A stretch of 64,000 nt of DNA, from positions 118,854,001 through 118,918,000 of the forward strand of contig OX597817.1 of assembly GCA_951406725.2 (NCBI GenBank), written 5' to 3'. This DNA is from Octopus vulgaris. Its lineage: Eukaryota. Shown here one piece after another: positions 40,953 to 53,659 of the stretch. A model generated the notes under the pieces. It did not search any database. It saw nothing but the letters and a program-made list of their open reading frames with translations, and was not told the origin of the DNA. Numbering within the stretch: position 1 is the stretch's first letter; every line of letters begins with the position of its first letter. The translations under genes were made by a program, and so were the position numbers.

Positions 40953-41859
40953 AAGCATATTCAGGATCCCATTACAATTGGAACAAAAATACTTTTCTTG
41001 TATTACAAAACAACAATACATTCATAATAGAATGAATGGCTCAGCAGAATTAGCGATGAAAAAGAAAAAAATAAAGCTGCAAATTGACTTAGTTTGACAC
41101 TGTAGCATTCTACCTATCCATAACTAAAGTCTTCTAATAAAAGCGTGGACTTTCACCAACAGCATCATATCAATTAGTGAAACATTATGTATAGATGAAA
41201 TTCTCTTTTGCTTTTTGATAAGTAATCCTGAGTTTAAAGAAAAATGGAAACAAATTGTTTGATGTCTCTCTGTGATCCACAACTGGGCTGAAATACTCTA
41301 AAGTATTGGAAGCTTATATTTTTAAAACTTTGCATCAAAGATTTTCTGTCTTATGAGGAGGTTCATACCAAGATGATGGTTGTTATACTCTCATGAATAG
41401 GTTTGTTCACCTCTTTAGTAATATTTTCAATAATAATAGTCCAGGTACTTGTTATACTTATGTGTTTGCGTCCATCTGTGTGCAAGAGCTAAATATATCT
41501 GTATATTTTATTCATAAAGCCACTAAAATGCTACTGTCATTATATTTTAACTCTTGTTTTTTTTTCTTTTTTTTTGGCAGTGTATACACAGACATATATA
41601 TATTTGATATTTTTTTTCTTTTATAGAAACTGGTTCCTGTTTGCAATATAAATTTCCTGCTCTTTCATCACATTTGTAATAAGCCATGCTCCATGCTAAT
41701 TATATATCAAAATTTGTGAGTAACATGCTGTAGTTGCAGTTCGAATAACATGATGCTTCTTGGTAAGGAACAATGCACCATGATTCCAACTGATAGTTTT
41801 TTAATTGCTATTAGTAACATAACAATTACTGCTGATACTGAACCGAGGTTCAACATGTT

Positions 41860-42069
41860 GGTAGTATCTCAAGTTTCCTATTTAAGAAGTACCATATTTT
41901 TATGTTAGTAATATATCTTTTTCATTTTCAAATTTAGTTTATACGGCACTTCCTGTTGGTAACATTCCACATTTGATATTGGTAACATTTTCCTGTTGGT
42001 AGTGTAGAATCTTTGATGTTCCATTTTGAGAAATAGTACACTGTGTTCTGTTTTCTATGGTTTAGCACA
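41860..42069. repeat. 210-bp direct duplication, copy 2
   Basis: Matches 40341-40550. Confidence 0.93.
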
Positions 42070-42375
42070 AATATTTTGCAATAGTTTTAGAATTTGTTAT
42101 TTCATAAAAATCCAAGGTATTTTTCCAATGTATAATGAATCATAGTTTTCAAATATTAAAACAGTTTTGGCTTCTTTTTTTTTTCTCTTTAATCATTAAT
42201 AAAGCATTATATTTCCATGTATTATTAATAAACAAAGTATTTTCATATTTCAAATCCATTTCATATCAGCACTAGTAATTATTTCTAGGTGGAGATACAT
42301 GGCAATACACTTTCTTCCTCATCCCACAACAATGTGTGTGTTCTTGTGTTGCTTGTACGTATAAGTTGCTTTTTC

Positions 42376-42406
<31 letters not shown>

Positions 42407-43029
42407 TTTGTTTTTTGTCTGTTTTACTCTTATAATTTTGATAAGAAAGAAAAACAACAACAACCAAAAATGAAAACTGTTTATCTATATAGCTCAACAG
42501 GATATTTTCTTCTCGCTATTAATTCAATATTTCCTCACCATCACCACCACCACCACAACTACAACCACTAACAATGCTTTAATACAACAGCTTTGCTAGA
42601 TGGTAATACATTAGGTTTGCCATTAATATATTTGCCTGAAACATTAGGTTTGCTACTGCAGTTTCATGATGTAATATATAATTCCTTTCATGTGGTAGCA
42701 TATTTTAGCTAAAATAACAATAACATAAACGATGAAAGGATTAGATTATTGATTTCTTTTCTTAGGCATGAATCCCCATTTTCTTAGATCACCCTATAAA
42801 AGGAGAAAGCACAGTTTCATTTTCGCACAAGACAAAAACTTGATTTTTTTCCCCCTTTTTCCTTGTAATTGTAGAATGTAGTTTTGTTTCTTGAGGTGTG
42901 ATTAAATTGACTGCAGTATATTACAGATACCTGTATTTTAAACAGAAAGATAAGAAGTAAACTCACCCCTCCCAGTATGATTTGAACTCTCAAGTATGAA
43001 ACTAAATAATGTTATACACTAAATATTTT

Positions 43030-43215
43030 CAAATTTTGACAAAAGGCCAGCTATTTAGGTGGGCTGAGTAGATTACATCAACCCTAGTGTTCAACTCGTA
43101 CTAATTTTTAATGACTCTGAAAGGATGACAGATGAAATCAACCTTGGTAGAATTTCAGCTCAGAGCATAAAGACAGATGAAAGGCATCTAAGCATTTTCC
43201 CCAGCATGCTAACAA
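43030..43215 (-). mobile_element. Family A SINE (older copy)
   Basis: GATTACATCAACCCTAGTG..GAAAGGATGA..CCTTGGTAGAATTTCAGCTCAGAG..CATGCTAAC. Confidence 0.65.
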
Positions 43216-43647
43216 ATTAATACACTAAATATTGAAATCAGGATTCAAATTTGGCTGTATAGTTAAAAATTCACTTCAGAACTAAGTTGTTTCAAGTTCA
43301 ATCCCACTGCAGGGCATCTAGAATAACTACAGGGCAGACTTCAAAACTTGTGAGTGAAATTGAGTAAATGACAACAAACAAATAGACTGTACCAATAATT
43401 CTAAAGGACAAACTTTACCACAAAACTCTGTGTTGCTTGAGAATTACCTTAAAGTTGCACATGACTGTGAACTATAATATAATTCAATAAATAGATCAGT
43501 TTTATAAATTTATTTTAAAGAAAGTAAATAAACATCTGAATGCTAAATTAGCAAGAAAACATTGAACAAGACCATTACAATACAAAAGCAGATAGAGAAG
43601 GTAAGTGATGTTGACACATTTATTCCTTTCCAAAGAGCAATAACATC

Positions 43648-43876
43648 TTAACCCTTTCGTTACCAACCCGGCTGAAACCAGCTCTGGCTCTGTAATAAAA
43701 ATGTCTTGTTTTCATAAGTTTTGAATTAAAATCTTCCACCAAACCTTAGTCACAATTTATGTTCCTAACACTAACTTAATGATAACTAAGTTATTTTACT
43801 AAATTCTTTGTTATATTTAAAATAATTGAAAGAAACACAAAGCATCTCAAAATAAATATGGTAATGAAAGGGTTAA
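43648..43876. mobile_element. piggyBac-type MITE (family P1)
   Basis: TTAA|CCCTTTCGTTACC ... GGTAATGAAAGGG|TTAA: TTAA target duplication (43648-51, 43873-76), 13-bp TIRs starting CCC, 221-bp non-coding body. Confidence 0.88.
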
Positions 43877-43964
43877 AGTGAAATGGAAGTTGAAACTTGA
43901 CCACAGACATGGTTTTTGTAAGTGAAGACATTCTGCATCCCAGTAAAGAAGAACTGTAATATGA

Positions 43965-44276
43965 ACAAAAGGCACCCATGCTTATGGCATGTAAAAGACA
44001 CCTGTGCCAGAGATTCATTAAAAGCACCAGTACTGGTGACATGTTAAGGGCACCTGTGTTGGTGACATGTAAAAGCACCCATGCCAGTGACATATAAAAA
44101 AACACCCAATACAATCTGTATAGTGGTTGGCATTAGAAAGGGCTTTAAACTATGGAAACCAAGCCAAAGCCATAACAGAAGACTGATGAAGTTCTCTGGC
44201 TTACTAGCTTCAGTCAAACCATCAAATTCATGTGAGCATGGAAAACAGATGTTAAATGATGATAATGATGATGATT
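43965..44276 (+). mobile_element. SINE-like family C (older copy, plus strand)
   Basis: Repeated CATGTAAAAGCACC units, GTGGTTGGCATTAGAAAGGGC, and tail GCATGGAAAACAGATGTTAAATGATGAT. Confidence 0.6.
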
Positions 44277-45601
44277 AAAAGGAAAAGTCTACCAAGTCAA
44301 CAAAGAAAGCTATGCAGAGTTGGTGTCTGACTGGTAAAAAATAAGCAGTAAATCTCTCTCTCTCTCTCAAAATGGCACCACCAAAAATATCTATTAAAAA
44401 CAAAAACAGATAGACTGATACTTAAACATCCTTTGCATCAATGTAAGTTGACCCAGGGATAAACAATAACAGCCGAAATATTTGTAAGAAATATTCGTGA
44501 AAATTTGCTGAATTTTTTATCAAACTATAACACATGAAAGAAAAAAATTATCTACACACAGGACAAAATTAAAAGGTAGCCACTATCACATACATCACAG
44601 AAATATGGTAAATAGACAGAAGTTCAAAATAGTCATAGAGATATCAGTAGAGATGGTAGTAGTGTTGGTTGAGATGGCGGTGGTGGTGATGATGGTAGTG
44701 GTGGTGGTGTTGATGTTAGTGGAAGCTGTAGATTATTGTGGTACAATATATATATTTAAATATATATATATATATTTTTTTTCTTGTTTGACTGTTAATT
44801 TTCAGTTAATTTCTTTAAATTGGAAAAAAATCTTTCTTTACAACATTTTTGGGTTGTTTTTAGCTTTTTGCCCACATTTTTCAGTTCAATTGATATTATT
44901 GGAATCATCCATCAATTTATAAAATGAATTCTTAACAATGCAAAGATAACACAGAAGAAGACAGCAACAAGATGAAATACATAATTAAGTCTATCAAGAA
45001 AAGTAACAGTAACCTCACCATAATTTATAAGGAAAATAAACAGATGATAATGATGATGATGATGAGAGCAAAGATGATAAGAGCAATCAATAACCATAAT
45101 AGCATGAATGATGACACCACCGAGAACAAAGACGACAATGATGATGATGATGACAATGATGATGATGATGATGATGATGATGATGGCTGTAATAACATGA
45201 ATAATCATAATGGTAAAATTCTAATAAACAATGCAGAAATGGTGAGGAATGAGTAGGGGTGTTGGAGGAGTATCAGTTGGCATTGGGTCGGGAGAAAGGA
45301 AATGATATCAACAGTATCCAACTCGATAAAGGTTACATTTACGATAACTAAAGATATTTGTAGAATACCAATGGTAATTATGATAATTTTAACAATGATA
45401 AGAAAGGTATTTTAAAGAATATATCAATTCCTCATTTACATTTATTTGCTATGAGTCAAGATAATAACCCTGACGTCCAGCAAAATTAACTTTATTAATT
45501 TCAGCTTTTAGCTGAGATGTAGAAAGCTGATGGCAAAGTGGTTGCATAGCATACATAGCAGTTTATATATATATATATTTGAAATCTTATCACAACTAGA
45601 A

Positions 45602-46047
45602 TCATCATCATCATCATCGTTTAATGTCCATGCTAGCATGGGTTGGACAATTTGACTGAGGTCCAGCAAACCAGATGGCTGCACCAGGCTCCAATCTTGA
45701 TTTGGCAGAGTTTCTACAGCTAGATGCCCTTCTTAACGCCAGCCACTCTGAGAGTGTAATGGGCGCTTTTATGTGCCACCGGCACGAGGGCCAGTCAGGC
45801 GGTACTGGGAACGGCCATGCTCAAATGGTGTTTTTTACGTGCCACCTTGCCTGAATGTTTTTTTCATGTGCCACCAGCACAAGTGCCCATAAAGCAACGC
45901 TGGTAACGATCATGCTTGAATGGTGCTTTTTACATGCCACCAGCATGGAAGCTAGTTAGCCTCTCTGGCAACGATCATACTTGGATGGTGCTCTTAGCAC
46001 TCCACTAGCACGGATGCCAGTCATCGAATTTGATTACGATTTCACTT
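45602..46047 (-). mobile_element. SINE-like family C with internal ~60-bp tandem units and (GAT)n tail
   Basis: Plus strand (CAT)nCGTTTAATGTCCATGCTAGCATGGGTTGGAC..GATGCCCTTC..; repeated TGGTGCTTTTAYRTGCCACCRGCA units. Homologous to 61074-61477, 38322-38603 and 63772-64000. Confidence 0.75.
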
Positions 46048-46811
46048 CAAATCAAACACTAGAAAAGAGGCAAATCATCTCCAACTGAGCAGACCTATAA
46101 ACAAAGGCATTCCAACCATAGCCATCCCATTTTATATTAAATGCATTTTATATTTTATATTAATCTAACATGTCATTTTAAAGACAGCAAGATATAACTT
46201 GAGGGAGATTTAGCAGCTATTTCTAGAAGGCTGACCAACACCACACAGCCGCCAAACTATATCTATCCATGCATTTTTAAAAAATAGAATTCTTTCCCCT
46301 CTTTGTCATTCATTCTCTAAAACATTTTCAAAATTATTTTCATAAGTTTTCCAAAAACATCCATTCTTGTTTACAAGTCTGTTTAATACATTATGAGAAA
46401 AATAAAGCTTTTCTTTCAAAAGTTCCAAGTCGCTCTGGTGGTTGATACATGGGTACTAGGGGAATATGTCCTGTGTGTCACATGTGGTACACAGGGGAGG
46501 CAGAGGGTTAAGATTATCAAAAGTAGCGGAGATTGGAGGGTTTTAGCGACATAATCTAATCCAAGTGACTACTTCACCCTTTTTTGAGACTTTATCATTA
46601 TTTTACTGAATGGTGGAACGACAAAGATGGCAGAGCACAGGACTAAGTAATTTACATTATTTAGATATATCCTATAATTCAATTCCTTTGTGAGTCAAAT
46701 TTATATTTTAGTCTTCCAGTTTTAATAACTCATTACTACTCAAGTACTGGAATTCAATTAATTCCTAAACTCAAAATGTGTGGACTTATACCTGAGTTAT
46801 AGATTATTGTA

Positions 46812-47170
46812 TTCTTTTACTTGTTTCAATCATTTTGACTGTGGCCATGCTGGAGCACAACCCTTTACTCGAAGAAATCAACCCCTGGACTTATTCTTTG
46901 TAAACCTGACACTTATTCTATCGGTCACTTTTGCTGAACTGCTAAGTTATGGGATGTAAATACACCAACATCGGTTGTCAAGTGATGATGATAGGACAAA
47001 CACAAACATATATATATACATATATATACACATATATATATATATATATACAATAGCCTTCTTTCAGTTTCTGTCTACCAAATCCACTCACAAGGCTTTG
47101 CAATGGAACTGAACCCAGAACCATGTGGTTGGGAAACAAGCTTCTTACCACACAGTCACGCCTGTGCCTA
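46812..47170 (-). mobile_element. Family B SINE with internal deletion
   Basis: Reverse-complement homology to family B; lacks the CORE-like segment. Confidence 0.78.
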
Positions 47171-47609
47171 TTATAGTTAATATTCTGATTTCAATCTCTG
47201 ACATTTTTTTTACATTTCGACCTTCTAGGGTCAATACAATAAGGATCTGATAACTGAATCATATTCTTTAAAAATGCGACCTGATGCCAAATTTAGAAAT
47301 CAATATTTCCATAAATCCTTTATTTGCATATTATGTTGTAGTTGATGTTTAGGCTCCATATCAATCCTGATCAAGAAAATCTATGATCAAAAGCTTTTTC
47401 AGCCATACCTTTTCAGTTACAGTGCCGATATAATTACATTATCAAATAAGTAACCTCTTTTTAAAGGTGACAAGTTGAGATTTAGAGGAAGATTTGGTTG
47501 TTATTTTAAGCAGATCACTGACTCACATGGAGGCTCACTCATCATCTCATTTCATCTTCATATTAGAGTGTGTTGTGTGTGTGTGTATGAGTGTGTGTAT
47601 GTTTGTGAG

Positions 47610-47790
47610 TCTGTGTGTATCTATCGGTAATCACTAAACACATTTTTTTCTCTCCTTGTTTCTTTCTGTGTTCCTTTCTGTCGAAGAGCGTAGGCTCGAA
47701 ATGTAAAAGACATTCTCAATTCCTGAGCATTATACTAATACATCTGTATGTTTTCTACACCACCTGTCATCGTCTTTTGTTTTTTCGTGA
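47610..47790 (+). repeat. Penelope-pLTR-like repeat with hammerhead-like motif, copy 2 (motif 47674-47709)
   Basis: CTTT-CTGTCGA-A-GAGC-GTAG-GCTC-GAAAT-GTA-AAAG, with the same downstream sequence as copy 1. Confidence 0.6.
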
Positions 47791-49314
47791 CATATATTGT
47801 ATCAACTTTTGCAACTTATTTCTTTCATTATTTCTTTTGTTTTTGAAATCATTTTCAGATTTGTTTTACTTTTACACAAGGTTTAGTGGGATAAAACATT
47901 CATTAGTGAAGTCAGAACAGCCAATTATAGCAACCCAATAATTGATTGGTACTGATTTTATTGACCTTGGAAAGATGAAAGGAAAAGTCAAGCTCAGAGG
48001 AATTTTAACTCAGAACATAAAGTAATGCCTGCTACAAAAATACCACAAGGCATTTTATTCAAAATGCCACCAATTCTGCCAATCAAACATCATTGTTAAA
48101 CTGAATATGAACAACAAAAACAGCAGTTATGCATCAATATTCACTTCTGATTATCAGATATACAATAGCAGGCAGGAGAAGAAACCAAGAGCAGTAGCAG
48201 TATTAGCTATAGCAACACAACAGCAATACTAGTTTTACTAACCAACACTTACATATATAGAATAAGATATTCCCATGTTGGTATGTAGAAACCTCTGCAG
48301 TGTTTGAAGTTAGGAATTTATGGAAAAGAATCAATGTCTGAAAAGTTTGCTTAAGCTAAGAGGAATGTAAAAACTAACCTGTCAAATTTCTCTGACATTT
48401 AACGATATCAAATCAATTCGGGATACTGTATGTCTAAAAATTAGATATCTCTTGTTTAATCAGCTAAACGTATATTCATATATCAAAATCAATTCTTCTT
48501 TAAAACTCATTTCCTATGAATCATCACATGTTCTGTATATGTAAGGGTTACTGTTTGTTTTGTGTTTTTTTTTTACCTCTTCATATATATGCATTTATTT
48601 CAGAAATAATAATGATGAAGATGATGATGATGATGATGAAATAGGGAGGGGGGGTAAAAAAAAAGACAAGATTTTCCAAAAGATTTGTGTTGTAAAATGG
48701 CTGACTACAAGAGATTCAAGTTGTCTTAATGCTGTCAAGAGCAATTCTTATGGGGAATCATATTTCTGTACATTTATTTCAGAAGAATTACTTCTATAGC
48801 AAAAGTATTATATATAGATTTATAATAGTTTTTGAGGGGTTTTGATACATTTTCCCACTGAGGCTGATTGATCTAATACAAATGAACATATATTCCTTAT
48901 TACAAACAGATATCATCTGACACAGATAACACACATTAGCAGATATATAGTGTAAGAAAAAAAGAGTGTAAGTATCATACTAACAGGCAATGAATGATGT
49001 TACAGCAAGTATATAAATGTTGTATACAAGCAGCAGTAAGTGGAAATACCCAACTATTGAATTGAAATAAGTGCTATTAGTGCAGAGATTTCATATATAC
49101 ATGTAATATGTGTGCATGTGTGTATGTATACCTTTTATCTTTCAGGATCAATAAAATAGATACCAGTTGAGCACTGGGGTTGATGGAATCAACCTAACCC
49201 CACCCCAACACCAGTCGTTTCGTGTGTTGGTACTTTTCAAAGTATTACAGATTGAAGGTCTGTTCTTTTATATAGTAGTTGATAAATATATAAATATATT
49301 TCCACTTCCACTTT

Positions 49315-49389
<75 letters not shown>

Positions 49390-49847
49390 TTTTGTGCCCA
49401 GTGAAGGATAAAGAAACGTTCTGTTTTCTGCAGCAGCAACAGTTAATACTAGTGTTTCTCACATGCAGATGGTGTCTTTTGTTTTTCAATCTTCTGTAAC
49501 GGCATGTCTGGCCATTGGATAATATTATTTTATTTGGAAAGAGGTGAGGGGTTGGCATGATGAGGGCCATCCAGTCATAAAAAATCTAAATGAATTCTTT
49601 CCAACCCATGTAAGCATGGAAAAGTGGTTGCTAAAATGATGATGATGGCTGTGATGATGATATACAAATAGATACAGAGATATATACACACAAAGATTAG
49701 TACACCAATCCAGGTAAGGAAACCAAGATATAAAACTTGTCTCAGAATATAACTATTATTCTCAATGCATGTAAATGGATATCAGTGTAGTTTTTTTTTC
49801 TTGCAGCTCATTGATTATCGGATAAAAAACAATTCTCCTTTTTATAA

Positions 49848-50295
49848 AGGCATGTCTGTATGGTTAAGAACTTTGCTTTTAACTATGTGGTTTGTGGTTC
49901 AAATCTATTGTACGGTACCTTTGATAAGTGTCTTCAACTATAGCTCTAGGCTTATCAAAACCTGGTGAGTAAATGTAGGAGACAGAAACTGAAAGAATCC
50001 AACTGTGTGTGTGCTTGGCTGTGTTTGCATTTGTGTCTCCTCCTTACATCACATGATGGTTATAAACAAGCACTAGCACCATACATATCAGTGTCCTTCA
50101 TTTCCAATGTCCCATGAAAACATTGTCTGGCCACAGGGAAATATTACAGGGCTTAGAAAAAGGTGTGAGTTAATGGACAAGACAGGCATTCATTCATAAA
50201 AAAATATGCCTCAATAAATTTCATCTGATCCATACAAGCATAGAAAATTGGATGTTAAAATGGTGATGAAGATGTTGATGCTGATGATAATGATG
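49848..50295 (+). mobile_element. Chimeric SINE: family B head with family C-type 3' end
   Basis: Head GGCATGTCTGTATGGTTAAG..GTGTCTTCAACTATAG..AGAAACTGAAAG; tail ATCCATACAAGCATAGAAAATTGGATGTTAAAATG(ATG)n. Confidence 0.55.
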
Positions 50296-51660
50296 ATGCT
50301 CTATCATTAATTCGAGTAATTCAGGTTTTGAATGGTAATGAAACCCAACAATAAATCACCTGAAATATATTAGAGATAGGTTTCTGGATGTGAAATTCAC
50401 ACAACACTACAATCAAAATTAAATTCACAAGGAAGTGGCCTGGAAAGTCATTCAAGAAGTTTGCAATGAAGTGTGCCTTTGTATGTATTTCGGTTAACCA
50501 TAGCTATATACATATCAATAGAAGTATGGAGATGAATGGATAACCGAACCTTGGAATCCCTCTAAATACACATCATTTTGAATTCAGAGGCCAATAATGT
50601 GTTAATGTACATTGGTATGTTACTTAATACTGCTGTAAATGTAACCCTTTTCAACACTCTATGGCTTGAATGATAGGGACAAAACTCAGCATTCACTTAA
50701 TACAAAAGGACACTGTAACAGGATATGATGGCTGTAGAATTTGATCCAGCTTTCAAATTACCACTATCATTACTATCAATCTTCTTTCTCACTGTATATT
50801 TAGGAATCTTACTTCATGTGAGTCTTTCATTTTCTATTCACTCATTGTTCCATAATTTTAAAAAGAGACAGTGAAAATGATTGACAGAAAGATTAAAATG
50901 ACACTACTGAGAAAGAAAAAAGGTGAATTTGGCATCGCACAAATGTAACTACCATTATTATTAGCATCGCTCTTCCGCTAACTTTCTCTATGTATTTTTC
51001 TATCTCTTCTTATGTGTCTCTCATTTTCTATATCTCTCTATTCTTCAACTCCAGGTAGAGGGACACAGAGAAATATGAAAAGATTAAAGAAAGACTAGAG
51101 GAAGAAAAACAAAGAATATGACATCACACAAATGTATTGCTGTCATCATCGCCATCATTCCACTCTTACACTGTTTCTCTCTTCATGTGTGTTTTCCATT
51201 CTCCATCTCTCTATTCCACTATGATAGAAAAAGAGAGAGAAAGAGAGAGAGGGGAGGAAGGGAGGTAAGGAGAAAGAGAGGACAAGATTAAAGAAAAACT
51301 GAAAAAAAGAAGCACAAAAGTATTGCTGCCACCATCATTATTATACTCCTGTCTCTTTCTGTCTCTCATTCTCTATATCTATTCTACTGACCCAGAATTA
51401 GAGAGAGCAAAGAGTGACACTACTACTCCATTTCAACTTTCTATCTTTCTACATTTCTTTGTCTTTAGAGAATGGATAACCATTGATCTGAAGGACAACT
51501 GGCACCAGTTTCATGAAATGAATGCAGAATAAATCTCATCTGTAGATAGGATGCTGGACCATTGCAGGTGGCATTCCCAGATGATTAGATACCTATTTCC
51601 AATGGTAGATAAAATGAGTCACAGTAAAACGAAAGTGATCTGCATAGATACACAATGAAC

Positions 51661-51710
51661 TGTGTGCAACATATCTGAACTTAAATGTGTGCAACATATC
51701 TGAACTTAAA
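51661..51710. repeat. Perfect 25-bp tandem duplication
   Basis: TGTGTGCAACATATCTGAACTTAAA occurs twice in tandem. Confidence 0.9.
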
Positions 51711-52993
51711 TCCAATGAACAAATAGCCAATACATTATGTCTCATGACATGGTATTAATGACAATGATGGTGAGATACAAAGTGCATATAGTCATTGCAG
51801 CTCCTGCCAATTCCTGTGCGAACATCCTTCAAATTTATCAGAATATAGGTAGAGAGTAGAACAAATATAGAAATGAATCAGATAGGATCTGCATTTAAAC
51901 CATGTCATTCAATTTGCAATGAGTGTTGTTTTTTGTTTTACTACTATAAAGAATTCCTCGTTGGTAAGTAACACACAGACACATGCAAATATAAATTTTG
52001 TGCATGTATTAGAGAAAACAGAAATGCTTATAAAAGCTTTGAGCAGTAAAAGTAAATTTAGCATTAGCTTATTTTTAAATATGCTATCTGTAGACTAGGA
52101 CAATATTTTTTCTCCACTTTTTTTAACATTTCAACATGTAGAAATATTCATTTGCAATTACCTAATGCTAAAAAACCTATTTCACATCACAAAAACCTAA
52201 TGGTTCTCATGAACATTTAATATCTGTCGACTAAGAAGTACACTGATGACTGGAGGTAACAAAGAACACAAGCAAGGAATAATTTCACACTTTAATTATA
52301 TATTTATTAATGAACATTTAAATGATTGAATTATGACAATTGATTTGGCACTATTTTATAATTTTGTTTCATTAGTTTTTTTTTTTGTTTTTTTTTGCGT
52401 TTCTTTGGCTGAGTGCTAAATTAACTTTAGCTCACTGCTCTAGCTGTTGCTTACAAACCTTAGGGCTTGTTCAGTGATGAACTAATTACATTATTTGTAT
52501 GTTGTTTTTCTTCATGAACTGAATTCAATAATTTCATTACATTTTACTCATGATCTAACAGTTGCTGTGGGGAGTTATTTAAATACCCTTTATTTAACAG
52601 AGGCTGTTAGGAAATAGCATTAGTAAAAAAGACATGTGAATAAACACTAAATTCCAATCAACAGCTGAAATACTACTCAAGTTAACAGTCAATTATTGAC
52701 AAACTGTAGCTGAACTGGCATAAGTAGATAAATAAATATTAATGATCAAGCAATTTGCAAATATAAGGGTGCTAACTTAACCACACTAAAGCTTGAGATG
52801 CCTTACAGCTTTAAAAAGATAACATAAAGAAATAAAGGGATTAATTTTGTTGTTTTGCTTTTTAATTTTTTTTTTTAACTGCAAGACTATTTATTTATAC
52901 ACACACATACACATACATATGTGTGTGTGTGTTTATATATGGCCACAGCTCTGAGCTGAAACTACAAAATAAAAAAAAAATACACACACACAA

Positions 52994-53045
<52 letters not shown>

Positions 53046-53048
<3 letters not shown>

Positions 53049-53330
53049 AGGCATGTGGCTTAGTGTTTAGAGTATTTGACTCATGATCACAAGGTCATGA
53101 GTTCAATTCCTGGCAACACGTTGTGTCCTTGAGCAAAACACTTTATTCCACATCACTCCAGTCCACTCAGCTGGCAAAAATTAGTAATATCTGTATTTCA
53201 AAGGGCCAGTGTTGTCACACTTTATGTCAAGATGAATCTCCCTGAGAACTATGTTAAGGGTACATGTATCTATGGAGAGCTCAGCCACATGCACGTTAAT
53301 TGGATCAACAGCAACCCTTATTATTGTAAC
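53046..53330 (+). mobile_element. tRNA-derived SINE, family E (CORE-like)
   Basis: TGGCTTAGTGTTTAG (A box), GAGTTCAATTCC (B box), GTGTCCTTGAGCAAAACACTT (CORE-like); about 130 bp from the CUB exon donor. Confidence 0.75.
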
Positions 53331-53463
53331 CAACAGAGTGCCAGTTATATATACATACATATACACACTCACATATGCACACAGTTATTTTCTGTACAAG
53401 TAAATATTTGTCTTTTCTTAATGAGTTCCAATCAAAATATGAAATTAGTAATTCTCTACTTAC

Positions 53464-53659
53464 TCGTGAGGTTTTGCAGCATTACCACCTGGAAAGTATA
53501 GATCCATGTGTGTGAAACGCAGTTGTACTCTCTCGGGTCCAGAACCCTCAAAAGTAAAACGACATGTAATATCCCCTGGGTATGGATTTGGATAATTTGG
53601 ACTGGTTATGGTACCGTTTTTCCCATCAGCACTGCTGATATGCCGGTTACAATTGGTGG
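53464..53659 (-). CDS. Internal coding exon encoding the N-terminal half of a CUB domain (secreted or membrane CUB protein; SOL-1/suppressor-of-lurcher-like or tolloid/cubilin-like)
   Basis: Translation TNCNRHISSADGKNGTITSPNYPNPYPGDITCRFTFEGSGPERVQLRFTHMDLYFPGGNAAKPH has the CUB hallmarks C-x-G-x-I-x-SPNYP-x-x-YP-x-x-x-x-C and RV-x-L-x-F-x-x-x-DL. Acceptor TCCCTTTTCTGTTATTTTCAG| at 53660/53659; donor |GTAAGT at 53464/53463. Length 196 bp, phase 1 to phase 2. Confidence 0.93.

Noticed and set aside
44972-45256. Asp/Asn-rich ORF
   Set aside because: Product of a (GAT)n microsatellite.
45760-46020. CRISPR-like repeat/spacer appearance
   Set aside because: The units are degenerate, the variable segments recur in another copy of the same retro-repeat, the context is eukaryotic, and no cas genes are present.
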